Assembly (NCBI GenBank): GCA_048571215.1
Contig: CP182352.1
Coordinates: forward strand, 1,888,001 to 1,952,000
Length of the DNA stretch: 64,000 bases
From: Halarcobacter sp.
GTDB lineage: Bacteria > Campylobacterota > Campylobacteria > Campylobacterales > Arcobacteraceae
Direction: 5' to 3'
Of the stretch, positions 30,059 to 40,735 are shown one piece after another (within the stretch, counting starts at the first letter, position 1; each line of letters begins with the position of its first letter). The notes under the pieces were generated by a model that saw only the letters and a program-made list of their open reading frames with translations, searched no databases and was not told where the DNA came from. Position numbers and translations under genes: made by a program.

Positions 30059-31358
30059 AAGAAAAAGAGTTTTTATATAACTCTATAATCTCTTCTTTTC
30101 TTAATTCCCTTTGTAATTTATCACTTTGCTCTTTTACTAAAATACCAAATCTTATGGACTCCTCTTTAGTTAAATCCTCTCCAAAAAATTCACTTATGAT
30201 AAAAGCAACTCCTCCTTTTCCTGATTGGGAATTTACTCTAATAACATTCTCATATCCTCTTTTTATATCTTTTGGGTCTATTGGCAAGTATGGGACATTC
30301 CACTCTTGGCAATTTTCTTTTCTATAAAAGTCAATTCCTTTTTTTATAGCATCTTGATGTCCTCCACTAAAGGCTGTGAAAATCATATCTCCCACGTATG
30401 GATGTCTTGGATTTATATTTAACTTTGTTAAGTTCTCATACATCTTTTTTACTTCATCTACTATTGATAAATCAAGGGTAGAATCAATACCTTGTGAATG
30501 TAAATTAAAAGCAAAATTTATTAAGTCCAAGTTCCCTGCTCTTTCACCATTTCCAAATAGTGTTCCTTCTACTCTATTTGCTCCTGCTAAAACTGCAAGT
30601 TCTGCTGAAGCTACTGATGTTCCTCTGTCATTGTGAGGATGAACACTTATTATAAGTGCTTCTCTGTTGTTCAAATTATTGCACATCCACTCTATTCTAT
30701 CTGCATAAATATTTGCAGTGCATGCTTCTAGGGTATTTGGTAAGTTTATTATCATCTTATTTTGTATAGTTGGTTTTGCTACATCGATTACTTTATTACA
30801 TATTTTTACAGCAAACTCTAAATCAGTTTGGGAAAAACTCTCTGGGGAATAATCATAGATAACATTGCCCTCAAAATCTTTAGTAAGCTCTACTAAGTAT
30901 CTCATTGACTCAACTGCCATGTTTATTATCTCTTCATCACTTTTTTTAAACACAACTCTTCTTTGGAACTCATTTGTAGGATTGTATAAATGAAAAATTC
31001 CATTTTTTACTCCTCTCATAGCTTCAACACTTCTTTTTATCCACTCTTTTTTTGCTGGAATTAATACTTGAATAAAAACATCATCAGGGATTAGCTTCTC
31101 TTCAATCAATTTTCTTGTAAAATTAAAATCAGTATCACTAGCACTTGGATAAGATACTTCTATTTGTTTAAATCCTATCTTTACTAAAGTATTAAAATAC
31201 TCCAACTTTTGCTCTATATTTAAGGGGTTTATTAAAGCTTGGTTTCCATCTCTTAAATCTACGCTTCCATAAATAGGTGCTTTTGTGATTTGATTATTTG
31301 GCCAAGTTCGTACGAAATTTTTGACAATAGGATATTGTCTATATTTTTTATATGTCAT
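30057..31358 (-). CDS. leuA: 2-isopropylmalate synthase lacking the C-terminal regulatory domain
   Basis: VDLRDGNQAL; SVHPHNDRGT; EGTLFGNGERAGN; FTAFSGGHQDAI; IRVNSQSGKGG, with the protein ending about 45 aa later. GGAG RBS favours the MTYKK start (track start is 31370). Confidence 0.9.
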   Translation of the reverse strand: MTYKKYRQYPIVKNFVRTWPNNQITKAPIYGSVDLRDGNQALINPLNIEQKLEYFNTLVKIGFKQIEVSYPSASDTDFNFTRKLIEEKLIPDDVFIQVLIPAKKEWIKRSVEAMRGVKNGIFHLYNPTNEFQRRVVFKKSDEEIINMAVESMRYLVELTKDFEGNVIYDYSPESFSQTDLEFAVKICNKVIDVAKPTIQNKMIINLPNTLEACTANIYADRIEWMCNNLNNREALIISVHPHNDRGTSVASAELAVLAGANRVEGTLFGNGERAGNLDLINFAFNLHSQGIDSTLDLSIVDEVKKMYENLTKLNINPRHPYVGDMIFTAFSGGHQDAIKKGIDFYRKENCQEWNVPYLPIDPKDIKRGYENVIRVNSQSGKGGVAFIISEFFGEDLTKEESIRFGILVKEQSDKLQRELRKEEIIELYKNSFS

Positions 31359-31427
31359 TTTATTCTCCATGATTTTATATATTTTGCAAATATTTGCGAC
31401 TAAAATTGATAAGGTTTGGTTTGAAAA

Positions 31428-31499
31428 TTATTTAGTGAGTAAGAGGTTTGAGAGTAGATTGTTTATTTGAATATGATTATATTGTTTTATACTATTCAT
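31428..31499 (-). CDS. Leucine-rich leader peptide (leuL-like), 23 aa MNSIKQYNHIQINNLLSNLLLTK
   Basis: AAGGAG RBS; five Leu codons (CTA CTC..CTC TTA CTC) clustered at the 3' end; directly upstream of leuA. Confidence 0.8.
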   Translation of the reverse strand: MNSIKQYNHIQINNLLSNLLLTK

Positions 31500-31565
31500 A
31501 ATTTCTCCTTTTATTTACCTAAGTATATAGAATAAAAAAAAATAAATCTTGTACAAAATTAACAT

Positions 31566-32342
31566 TTATGAAAGTATATTTTTTTGATACTCTTTTGGTG
31601 TGATTTGAAAGATTCTTTTAAAACTTCTATTTAAATGGCTTTGGTCAAAGAAACCACTTTGTAAGGCCACTTCTATAATTGGTAGTTTTGAGTTTAAAAG
31701 TTCTTTTGCCTTGTGAACTTTTTTATTGATTATATATGAATGAATAGCTAAACCAAACTCTTTTTTAAAAACTCTTATTAGATGTACAACACTTATATCA
31801 AACTCTTTTGAGATATCTTCTAAAATAATATCTTCCAAAAAGTTTTCATCTAGATAGTTTTTTATTTTTATAGATAAAGAGTTCTTTTCTACTTGTTTAA
31901 TCTCTTCTTTTAAAAAAAAAGTATTTAAACAAAACTCAATAAATAGCTCTTCTTTTTCCAATAAAGAGACATCCTCAGCCAATAATATTTCACATAGATT
32001 TATAAAACTATTTTTCTCATCTTGTAAAAAAACATAATCTAAAGATATACCTAAGTTCAAACTCTCTAAATAGTTTTTAGCTATATATAGTACATAGCCA
32101 TCTTTGACACTTTTGCTATTTAGTGTTGCATTATGGATTATATTTGCGTTAATTATTACTATTTCATTGGGGCTTAATATTTTAGAAGAGTCATTAAAAC
32201 TTATATTTAATGAGCCCTCTTTAAGTGCTGTAATTGTAAGTTCTTCATGCAAGTGCATTTTTTCACATTGGCTTATATCTTTTATATATCTTAATTCAAG
32301 ATAGGGTAAGTTTGTGTTTTTAAAAATCTTACTATTTTGCAT
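31566..32342 (-). CDS. AraC-family transcriptional regulator
   Basis: Cupin N-terminus (HLHEE); HLIRVFKKEFG; GFFDQSHLNRSFK. Confidence 0.92.
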   Translation of the reverse strand: MQNSKIFKNTNLPYLELRYIKDISQCEKMHLHEELTITALKEGSLNISFNDSSKILSPNEIVIINANIIHNATLNSKSVKDGYVLYIAKNYLESLNLGISLDYVFLQDEKNSFINLCEILLAEDVSLLEKEELFIEFCLNTFFLKEEIKQVEKNSLSIKIKNYLDENFLEDIILEDISKEFDISVVHLIRVFKKEFGLAIHSYIINKKVHKAKELLNSKLPIIEVALQSGFFDQSHLNRSFKRIFQITPKEYQKNILS

Positions 32343-32355
32343 AAAATTGATTTAA

Positions 32356-32380
32356 TAAAAAGAGGAAAATCCCCTTTTTA
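32356..32380 (-). terminator. Hairpin downstream of ppaC
   Basis: TAAAAAGAGG-aaaat-CCCCTTTTTA. Confidence 0.5.
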
Positions 32381-32382
32381 TA

Positions 32383-33303
32383 TTATGCGAATGCAGGTTC
32401 TAAGAAAGGGATAATTTGTTTTTTTCTTGATAGACAACCATCTATCCATACTTTTCCATTTTCTAAGTTTTTATCAAAAGCTTTTTCAAAAATAGATGTA
32501 TCTTCACTTGATACAAGTACTTCACTTCCCTCTTTTATAATATCTGTTAAAAGTAAACATGCTGTGTGTAAACCATCTTCTTTTCTTAAAGCATCTAAAT
32601 CAGCTTGCAAATCAGCTTTTACCTCATCAAAAATAGATAAATCTACAACCTCAAGTTGCCCTATTCCAACTTTTTTTCCATGCATATCAAATGGTTTATA
32701 ATCTCTTAAAATCAAATCTCTCGCAGGCACACCTTCAACAGCAGATTTTACTTTAAACATCTCCATACCTAAAGCACCAAAATCTTCTACTCCACAAATT
32801 TCAGCTAATTCTCTTACTGCTTTGATATCAACATCTGTACATGTTGGTGACTTGAAAATAACTGTATCAGATAAAATTGCACACATCATAATTCCAGCTA
32901 TATCTTTTGGAATCTCAACACCGTGAAAGTCATACATCTCTTTTACGATTGTATTTGTACATCCAACAGGTCTAATCCAACATTCAAGTGGTGCAGAAGT
33001 TGTAATATCACCTAATTTATGATGGTCAACTATACCAACAACTGTAGCCTCATCTAAATCTTTTGGAGCTTGTCCTCTATCTGAATAATCAGTAATAAAT
33101 AGTTCACAACCTGCAAATTCTGTTTTAAGTTCTGGCGCTTCAAAACCAAATTTTTCTAAGATAAATTGTGTTTCTGGATTTGGTTCACCTTGTCTTGCAG
33201 GGATTGCTTCTCTTCCTATTTTATTTAATAAATATGCTAATGAGATAGCAGAGCAGATAGAATCTGAATCAGGAGTTGTGTGTCCACATGTATAAATTGC
33301 CAT
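32383..33303 (-). CDS. ppaC: Mn-dependent inorganic pyrophosphatase (family II)
   Basis: GH..PDSDSICS; VDHH; AILSDT; SRKKQ. Confidence 0.95.
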   Translation of the reverse strand: MAIYTCGHTTPDSDSICSAISLAYLLNKIGREAIPARQGEPNPETQFILEKFGFEAPELKTEFAGCELFITDYSDRGQAPKDLDEATVVGIVDHHKLGDITTSAPLECWIRPVGCTNTIVKEMYDFHGVEIPKDIAGIMMCAILSDTVIFKSPTCTDVDIKAVRELAEICGVEDFGALGMEMFKVKSAVEGVPARDLILRDYKPFDMHGKKVGIGQLEVVDLSIFDEVKADLQADLDALRKEDGLHTACLLLTDIIKEGSEVLVSSEDTSIFEKAFDKNLENGKVWIDGCLSRKKQIIPFLEPAFA

Positions 33304-33446
33304 ATATGTCCTTTTTAAAATACCATTAATTTTCGTGATTTTATCTAAAGTTTAGTTAGGAGAGTTTTAAAAACAATAAAAAGAAAAATGATTTAAAAAA
33401 ACTATAACCTTTTTTATGTAGAATGTATAAACAAAAGGAGTTTATT

Positions 33447-33950
33447 ATGATTAGTAAAGATTTACAAAAAGCCTTAATAGAACAGTTAAACAAAGAGTTT
33501 TACTCGGCATATGTTTACTTAGGTATGAGTGCCTATGCTTCTAAGGAGGGGTTTAATGGTGCTTCATCATGGTTTTTAACTCAATACCAAGAAGAGATAA
33601 TGCATGCTATGAAACTATTTAAATATTTAGAAGATCAAGATGCAAAAATATCTCTACCTGAAATAAAAGCAGTTAAAGTAGAATATAAATCACTACTTGA
33701 TACATTTAAAAAATCTTTAGCCCATGAAGAAAGAATGACAAAAAACCTTAATAATCTTTCAGATATGGCAATGAAAGATAAAGACCACGCCACATATAAT
33801 CTACTTCAATGGTATGTAACAGAACAAGTTGAAGAGGAAGCAACACTAAATAAAATAATTGATCACATTAATCTTGTAGGAGATAATGGTTATGGTTTAT
33901 ATACTATAGATAAAGAGTTAGCAACTAGAACATTTGAACATTCAAATTAA
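33447..33950 (+). CDS. ftnA: Non-heme ferritin
   Basis: AAGGAG RBS before MISK; QLNKEFYSAYVYL; QEEIMHA; QWYVTEQVEEE. Confidence 0.92.
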   Translation: MISKDLQKALIEQLNKEFYSAYVYLGMSAYASKEGFNGASSWFLTQYQEEIMHAMKLFKYLEDQDAKISLPEIKAVKVEYKSLLDTFKKSLAHEERMTKNLNNLSDMAMKDKDHATYNLLQWYVTEQVEEEATLNKIIDHINLVGDNGYGLYTIDKELATRTFEHSN

Positions 33951-33951
33951 A

Positions 33952-33980
33952 TAAAATAAGAGGATTTACCTCTTATTTTA
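33952..33980 (+). terminator. Intrinsic terminator after ferritin
   Basis: TAAAATAAGAGG-attta-CCTCTTATTTTA. Confidence 0.7.
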
Positions 33981-34053
33981 CTCACTTAAGAAAACTTCTA
34001 TAAATGATAATTTTGATATAATTTCATACATTATAGAACATTTAGGAACTTTT

Positions 34054-35022
34054 ATGAAAAAACTACTTTTACTTACTTTTACAATTATATTTCCACTTTT
34101 ATTTACAGCTTGCTCTAAAAAAGAACAAGAAACAAAATTTTATGGCAATGTTGATTTAAGAACAGTTTCTTTAGGCTTTAGAGTACCAGGAAAAGTCAAA
34201 GAGGTTTTCTTTGATGAAGGGCAAAAGATAAAAAAAGGGGATGTTTTAGCAAAACTTAATGATGATTTATATATCCAAGCTCTAAATGGAATAAATGCAC
34301 AAGTACTTATGCAAGAAGCACAAATTGAAAAATTGGAAAATGGATATAGAAAAGAGGATATTGCTAAAGCAAAAGCAAGTTTAGACAAAGCTTTAGTTAC
34401 TTTAAAAAAAGCGAAAAAAGATTTACATAGATATGAAAAACTTCTAAGTACAAACTCTGTTTCAAAACAAAATTATGATGATATAAAACTTGTTTTTGAT
34501 AATGCAAAAGCCCAATATGATTATGCAAAAAGTAATCTAACCGAGCTTGAAAATGGTTATCTAAAAGAAGATATAAGTATGGCTAAGGCTTCACTGCAAT
34601 CCCTTCTTGCACAAAAAGAAGAAGCAAAAATACATCTTGAAGATACAACACTTTATGCTCCAAATGATGGAGTAGTACTTACAAGAGCATATGAAGTGGG
34701 TTCTATAATCTCTCAAGGTGCTCCTATATTTGAAGTAGCTTTAAATAAAGAGTATTGGGTAAGAAGTTATATAGATGAGAAGTATTTAGGTTTGATTAAA
34801 CCTGGAATGAAAGCAAAAGTTTTTACAGATAGTAAAGCAGATAGTCCCTATGAAGCAACTCTTAGTTTTATCTCTGCCCAAGCTGAGTTTACTCCCAAAA
34901 ATGTACAAACAGAACAGCTAAGAACCCAATTGGTTTATAGAATAAGACTTATTATAAAAAACCCAGATGAGTATATAAGACAAGGGATGCCAGTAACAAT
35001 TAAGTTTGAAAACTTAGATTAA
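34054..35022 (+). CDS. HlyD/YbhG-type membrane fusion lipoprotein
   Basis: Lipobox FTA|C; YGNVDLRTVSLGFRV.G; AEFTPKNVQTEQLR. Confidence 0.88.
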   Translation: MKKLLLLTFTIIFPLLFTACSKKEQETKFYGNVDLRTVSLGFRVPGKVKEVFFDEGQKIKKGDVLAKLNDDLYIQALNGINAQVLMQEAQIEKLENGYRKEDIAKAKASLDKALVTLKKAKKDLHRYEKLLSTNSVSKQNYDDIKLVFDNAKAQYDYAKSNLTELENGYLKEDISMAKASLQSLLAQKEEAKIHLEDTTLYAPNDGVVLTRAYEVGSIISQGAPIFEVALNKEYWVRSYIDEKYLGLIKPGMKAKVFTDSKADSPYEATLSFISAQAEFTPKNVQTEQLRTQLVYRIRLIIKNPDEYIRQGMPVTIKFENLD

Positions 35023-35030
35023 GAGCTATT

Positions 35031-36728
35031 ATGGCACTTGTTATTGCAAAAAATCTTTCCAAAAACTTTGGTGATACACAAGCAATATCAGATTTGAATC
35101 TAGAGATAAAAGAGGGTGTTATCACAGGACTTGTAGGTCCTGATGGAGCAGGCAAAACCACTTTTATAAGAATGATGACTGGTCTTTTAGATTTTGAAAA
35201 AGGGGAACTTGAAGTTTTAGATTTCTCTTTACCAAAACAAGCAGTAAAGATACAAGAACAAATAGGTTATATGCCACAAAAATTTGGTTTATATGAGGAT
35301 TTATCAGTTTTAGAAAACCTAAATCTTTATGCAAATCTACAATCTATAGAAAAATCAAAACAAGAACAAAGAATAGAAGAGTTATTAGAATTTATAAACT
35401 TAGGAAATTTTAAAAACTTTTTAGCAAGGGATTTATCAGGTGGAATGAAACAAAAACTTGGACTTGCCTGTGCTTTGATAAAAAAACCAAAACTTTTACT
35501 CTTAGATGAGCCAGGTGTTGGGGTTGACCCAATATCAAGAAGAGAATTATGGAGTATTGTTGAAAAACTAGTAAGTGATGGAGTTGGCGTTGTTTGGAGT
35601 ACTGCATATTTGGATGAAGCAGCTTTATGTGATGAAGTTATACTTTTAAATGAAGGTGAAGTTTTATTTAGAGGGATACCAAGTGATTTAAGCAACTCAA
35701 TGAAAGGGAAAGTTTTTAAAGTAGTTGGTAATTTAGATGATAAAAGAAAAACCCTAAGACTTGCACTGAAAAATCCCCAAATTAAAGATGGAGTTATTTT
35801 AGGAGATAGTATAAAACTAATCTGTGAAGATGAATCAAAACTACCCTCTTTGGAAAGTATTGAAGCATCTAACTGCAAATATGAACCTTTAGAACCAAAT
35901 TTTGAAGATGGTTTTATGCATATTTTAGATGGAAACTTCAATGGAGAATCCCTTTTAGCAAAACAAATGGGAACTTTAGAAAAAAATGATTCTAAGTATT
36001 TAATAGAAGCTACAAATCTAAGTAAAAAATTTGGTTCTTTTACAGCTACAGATAATGTAAACTTTAAAATAAAAAGGGGTGAAATTTTTGGATTTTTAGG
36101 ACCAAATGGAGCTGGGAAATCTACCACCTTTAAAATGCTTTGTGGTTTGATGAAACCCTCAAGTGGTACAGCTCATGTGCTTGGATTAAGTTTAGAAAAA
36201 TCCTCACACAAAGCTAGAAGCAAAATAGGATATATGTCTCAAAAGTTCTCACTATATGGAGATATCTCTGTTTATGAAAACCTAAAATTCTTTGCAGGAG
36301 TTTATGGACTAAAGGGTAAAAATAAAAAAGAAAAAATAGATAATATGGTTGAGATTTTTGAACTAGAAAAATATAAAAAAACAGCTTCAAAAAATCTACC
36401 ATTAGGATATAAACAAAGACTTTCTCTAGCTTGTGCTGTTATGCATGATCCAGTAGTTTTATTTTTAGATGAACCAACTTCTGGAATCGATCCTCAAACA
36501 CGAAGAGAGTTTTGGAACCATATCTATGCAATGGTACAAAAAGGGATGACTATCATGGTAACAACTCACTTTATGGATGAAGCGGAATATTGTGATAGAA
36601 TTGCTCTAATTTACAAAGGAAAAGCAATAGCCCTTGATACACCCCATAATCTAATCTCCCAAATAGGAGAAGACTCTACAATGGAAGAGGCTTTTATTGA
36701 ACTTATAAAAAGAGAAGAAGATGATTAG
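35031..36728 (+). CDS. Dual ABC ATPase, YbhF-type
   Basis: Two Walker A motifs (GPDGAGKT, GPNGAGKS); LSGGMKQK; LPLGYKQR. Confidence 0.92.
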   Translation: MALVIAKNLSKNFGDTQAISDLNLEIKEGVITGLVGPDGAGKTTFIRMMTGLLDFEKGELEVLDFSLPKQAVKIQEQIGYMPQKFGLYEDLSVLENLNLYANLQSIEKSKQEQRIEELLEFINLGNFKNFLARDLSGGMKQKLGLACALIKKPKLLLLDEPGVGVDPISRRELWSIVEKLVSDGVGVVWSTAYLDEAALCDEVILLNEGEVLFRGIPSDLSNSMKGKVFKVVGNLDDKRKTLRLALKNPQIKDGVILGDSIKLICEDESKLPSLESIEASNCKYEPLEPNFEDGFMHILDGNFNGESLLAKQMGTLEKNDSKYLIEATNLSKKFGSFTATDNVNFKIKRGEIFGFLGPNGAGKSTTFKMLCGLMKPSSGTAHVLGLSLEKSSHKARSKIGYMSQKFSLYGDISVYENLKFFAGVYGLKGKNKKEKIDNMVEIFELEKYKKTASKNLPLGYKQRLSLACAVMHDPVVLFLDEPTSGIDPQTRREFWNHIYAMVQKGMTIMVTTHFMDEAEYCDRIALIYKGKAIALDTPHNLISQIGEDSTMEEAFIELIKREEDD

Positions 36729-37824
36729 TTTTCAAAGATTAACTGCTATTTTTATAAAAGAGAGTCTTCAAATAATAAGAGACCCCAGCGCTTTGGTTAT
36801 TGCACTTATATTACCTTTGATGCTTCTATTTTTGATGGGTTATGCTATCTCTTTAGATGCAAAACATATTCCTGTAGGAATAGTGGTAGAAAAAAGCTCA
36901 AAACACACCCAAAGTTTAGTAGAAGCTTTTAATGGAAGTGAAAGTTTTAAAGTAGAAGTTGCAAAAGATAAAAGAGTATTTATAAAAGCTTTACAAGAGG
37001 GAAAACTAAGAGCTATGATTGTAGTACCTGCAACTTTTGATAAAGATATTTTAAAAGGTAAACCTAAACTTCAAATAATCACAGATGGAAGTGAACCTAG
37101 TATTGCTGGGTATGTAAACAAATACACCAGTCAACTTTGGCAAAACTGGCTAGAGTTTGAGAAAATAGCCCATGGCTCTTTAATAGATATAGAAACCAGA
37201 TATTGGTTTAATGCCCCACTTCATAGTAGCTATTTTTTACTTCCTGGTTCCATTGCCATTATTTTAACTTTGATTGGAACTCTACTTACAGCTTTAGTTG
37301 TAGCAAGGGAGTGGGAAAGAGGTACAATGGAAGCTATTATGTCAACTCCTACAACTATTTTAGAGCTTTTGATTGGAAAACTATTACCCTACTTTATTCT
37401 AGGACTTTTATCTTTAGTTATTTGTATTCTTATAACTCTTTTATGGTTTCAAATCCCTTTTAGAGGTTCATACTTTTTACTTTTTATCACCTCAGCTGTA
37501 TATTTAATCCCATCTCTTAGTCTTGGTTTACTAATATCAACCTTAGCAAAAAACCAATTTGTCGCAGCCCAAATGGCATTAATAGTGGGGTTTTTACCCT
37601 CTATGATTTTATCTGGATTTATTTTCCCAATAAGTAGTATGCCCTCTTGGTTACAAGTTATTACAAATGTAATTCCTGCAACTTATTTTACAACTATCTT
37701 ACAAACTTTGTTTTTAGCGGGAAATATATATGAAATCCTTATACCAAATACCCTTTGGATGTTAACAATTGGAGTTGTACTTTTTACAATAATTTTTAAA
37801 ATAACAAAAAAGAAGTTAAACTAA
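36721..37824 (+). CDS. ABC-2 permease, YbhS-type
   Basis: KESLQIIRDP; VAREWERGTME. Confidence 0.9.
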   Translation: MISFQRLTAIFIKESLQIIRDPSALVIALILPLMLLFLMGYAISLDAKHIPVGIVVEKSSKHTQSLVEAFNGSESFKVEVAKDKRVFIKALQEGKLRAMIVVPATFDKDILKGKPKLQIITDGSEPSIAGYVNKYTSQLWQNWLEFEKIAHGSLIDIETRYWFNAPLHSSYFLLPGSIAIILTLIGTLLTALVVAREWERGTMEAIMSTPTTILELLIGKLLPYFILGLLSLVICILITLLWFQIPFRGSYFLLFITSAVYLIPSLSLGLLISTLAKNQFVAAQMALIVGFLPSMILSGFIFPISSMPSWLQVITNVIPATYFTTILQTLFLAGNIYEILIPNTLWMLTIGVVLFTIIFKITKKKLN

Positions 37825-38906
37825 TGTTTTATCAACTACTAGCCCTGATTAGAAAAGAGTTCTTAGCAATTTGGAGTGACAAACGCTCTCGTTTAGTAAT
37901 AATAATGCCTCCACTTGTACAATTAGTACTATTTGCATTTGCAGTAACTTTAGAGGTAAAAGATATCTCAATTGGAGTACTTGATAGGGATGGGTCAAAA
38001 CAAAGCAATGAACTAATAAGAGCTTTAAAATATAGTGATAGATTTGAAAAGGTTTTATATCTAAAAAGCAATGAAGATTTACAAGAAAAACTAGACTCCC
38101 AAAAAATTTTGGTGGCTATAGAGATTTCACAAGAGTTTTCAAGAAATCTAGACAAAGGACAAAAAGCGCAAATAGGATTAATAGCTGACGGAAGAAAATC
38201 AAATAGTTCCCAAATAGCCGTAGGTTATATACAAAATATAATCAACTCAACCTTTTCTACTAATGGTCAAAGTATTATTATAAGAAACTGGTATAATCCA
38301 AATTTAGATAATTTTTGGTGGATACTTCCAAATTTAGTTGGAAGTTTGACTATGATTATTGCACTTATTTTAACTTCACTCTCTGTTGCAAGAGAACGAG
38401 AATTAGGAACTTTTGAACAAATCTCAGTAGCTCCACTAAGTCCAACTACTTTACTTATAGGAAAAACTATTCCACCTATGATAATAAGCATAATTGAGGC
38501 CGCATTTATATTCTTAAGTGCAATATTATTTTTCTATGTACCATTTCTAGGTTCATTTTCCATATTGGCAGTTTCTATAGTTGCTTTTGTATTTTCTATT
38601 GTTGGTTTTGGCTTATTTATCTCTTCAATCTCATCAACTCAACAACAAGGGATATTAGGAGCTTTTGTAGTTTTGGTTCCTTCGGTTTTAATGTCAGGCT
38701 TTGCAACACCAGTTGAGAATATGCCAGATTGGCTAATCCCATTTACAGATGTGGTAGCTTTAAAGTATTTTCTTGTTTTATTAAAAGGAGTATTTCTAAA
38801 AGATATCTCTTGGGAGATTGCAATCTGGGAGATAACTCCCATGATTGTTTTAGGTTTTATTACCTTAGCAATTGCAACTTGGTTTTTTAAGAAAAAAGTT
38901 ACTTAA
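37824..38906 (+). CDS. ABC-2 permease, YbhR-type
   Basis: LIRKEFLAI; VARERELGTFEQ; SGFATPVENMP. Confidence 0.9.
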   Translation: MFYQLLALIRKEFLAIWSDKRSRLVIIMPPLVQLVLFAFAVTLEVKDISIGVLDRDGSKQSNELIRALKYSDRFEKVLYLKSNEDLQEKLDSQKILVAIEISQEFSRNLDKGQKAQIGLIADGRKSNSSQIAVGYIQNIINSTFSTNGQSIIIRNWYNPNLDNFWWILPNLVGSLTMIIALILTSLSVARERELGTFEQISVAPLSPTTLLIGKTIPPMIISIIEAAFIFLSAILFFYVPFLGSFSILAVSIVAFVFSIVGFGLFISSISSTQQQGILGAFVVLVPSVLMSGFATPVENMPDWLIPFTDVVALKYFLVLLKGVFLKDISWEIAIWEITPMIVLGFITLAIATWFFKKKVT

Positions 38907-38914
38907 GTGATACT

Positions 38915-40105
38915 TTATTTATCTAAAATATGCTCTTCAACTACCCAGTTTGCAAATGGGATTGAAGAGGTAAAGGCAGGACTAACTGCATTTAATACAT
39001 GTACTGAATTTTCATCTGATTGAACTACAAAATCCTGTACAAGCTCTAAGGTGTGTTTATTTAATAGTTGTGCTCTTATTCCTGGTGTACTCCAAGAATC
39101 AAAACCATCATGATTCATATTTTTAGTTAGTTTCATCGCTAAATTTTTAAAGTATTTGAAATTGTACTTTTTTATCTCACTAAAAGCTAAACTTCTAAAA
39201 GAAAAAGCATCTGTAATAAAAAGCTTTAACTCATAATATGAAATTTCAAAAAACTCTTTTAAAGAAAAATTATCCAAACCTTTATAGTTTTCTCTCCAAA
39301 AAGCAGGAATTGCTGTTGGACCTATTTTACTCTCATTATCCACAGTTAAAGTATAATGAACTCCTAAAAAAGGATTTGCCAAGTTTGGTACGGGATAAAC
39401 ATTTGTTTTAAGATTAGAAACATTTGTTTTATCTTTTAAATATACTCCCTTAAAAGGGATAATTACATAATCTTTTGAAAAGCCATAATCCCGTGCTATT
39501 TTATCAGCATATAATCCTGCACAATTTATCACTTTTTTAGCATAAAACTCACCCCTACTTGTAAGAACTGCATCTTTACTTGAAGAGATATATTTACAAT
39601 CTAAAAGTAACTCAACTCCTAACTCTTGTATAACTTTTGCAAACTCTTTTGTCACTTCTTTTGGATTTACGGTTGCTGTACTTGGACAAAGAAGTGCTTT
39701 TTCATAAGTTTTTATATTTGGATATAGAGTGTTAAGTTCTTCTTCTGTTAGCCATTGAAGCTCAACTCCATTTGCGTCACCTCTATTTTTTAACTCTAAT
39801 AAACCACTTAGTTCATCTTCATTTGTAGCTACTACTACTTTTTTACATTCATTTAATTTTAAATTTCTTTGTTTACAAAACTTTTTAAGGGCAAGATTAC
39901 CCTCTTTTGTAAACTTAGCCTTAAGCGAGTTTGCAGTGTAATAAAACCCAGCATGTAAAACACCTGAGTTTCTACCACTACTGTGCATTGCAACTTCAGG
40001 CTCTTTTTCTATAACTAAGATTTTACTATCAGGAAATCTCTCTTTCAGATTTTTAGCAATATTAAGCCCAATAATTCCAGCACCAATTATTAAGTAATCA
40101 TGCAT
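38915..40105 (-). CDS. lhgO: L-2-hydroxyglutarate oxidase-like FAD oxidoreductase
   Basis: IIGAGIIG; HSSGRNSGVLHAGFYY; PFLGVH; GIRAQ; NAVSPAFTSS. Start placed at MHDYL. Confidence 0.85.
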   Translation of the reverse strand: MHDYLIIGAGIIGLNIAKNLKERFPDSKILVIEKEPEVAMHSSGRNSGVLHAGFYYTANSLKAKFTKEGNLALKKFCKQRNLKLNECKKVVVATNEDELSGLLELKNRGDANGVELQWLTEEELNTLYPNIKTYEKALLCPSTATVNPKEVTKEFAKVIQELGVELLLDCKYISSSKDAVLTSRGEFYAKKVINCAGLYADKIARDYGFSKDYVIIPFKGVYLKDKTNVSNLKTNVYPVPNLANPFLGVHYTLTVDNESKIGPTAIPAFWRENYKGLDNFSLKEFFEISYYELKLFITDAFSFRSLAFSEIKKYNFKYFKNLAMKLTKNMNHDGFDSWSTPGIRAQLLNKHTLELVQDFVVQSDENSVHVLNAVSPAFTSSIPFANWVVEEHILDK

Positions 40106-40106
40106 T

Positions 40107-40703
40107 TTAATATCCCAACTCTTCATTTACTAAAATTATTGTGATTCTATCTTTTTCATCTGCTTTTACCCAAGTAAATTTATTGGCAATAGTGTTTAAA
40201 TTTTGTCTTGGTTCTTTTCCCATCTCTATTGCTTTTTTATTCATTCTATCTATGTTTTTAACAGCAGCTACTTCCATAACTCTTTTAAAACCATCTTCTA
40301 AATTTTCAACAATTTTATTTACACCTACTATTGCTAATATCTTTTTAGGACCAAAACAAAAAGCAGCTACTCTATTTCCACTTCCATCAGCATTTACTAT
40401 TTTTCCATCTTTTGTTAAAGCATTTATTCCTGTAACAAAGATATCTGAAACTAATCCTTGTCTTCTTCTTTCTGTATTCTCTTCCATTGAAATACCAAGT
40501 TCATATTGGTTGTATAAAGTTATATCTTTTTTATTTGCCAAATAATCAAGTAAGCCTATCTCTGAAACAGTAACAGAACCTCCAAGTCCTACTTTCATAC
40601 CCTCTTTTATAAAAGTTTTAGCTAAACTAAAAGCTTCCTCTTTTGTCTGAACAAAGTGTGGATCATAACCACAAGATTTTAACGTATCAATAAGTTTTTG
40701 CAT
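40107..40703 (-). CDS. LUD-domain (lactate utilization family) protein
   Basis: GGSVT; TGINALTKDG.IVN.DG.GNRVAA..FGP; VGVNKIV; ILVNEELGY. Confidence 0.85.
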   Translation of the reverse strand: MQKLIDTLKSCGYDPHFVQTKEEAFSLAKTFIKEGMKVGLGGSVTVSEIGLLDYLANKKDITLYNQYELGISMEENTERRRQGLVSDIFVTGINALTKDGKIVNADGSGNRVAAFCFGPKKILAIVGVNKIVENLEDGFKRVMEVAAVKNIDRMNKKAIEMGKEPRQNLNTIANKFTWVKADEKDRITIILVNEELGY

Positions 40704-40735
40704 CTACTTTTTCCTTAATATTGAGTAATCTTATT

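Noticed and set aside
35327..36127. 266-aa antisense ORF and the other short opposite-strand ORFs in the track
   Set aside because: They are shadows of well-supported genes on the other strand, with no RBS or recognisable motifs.
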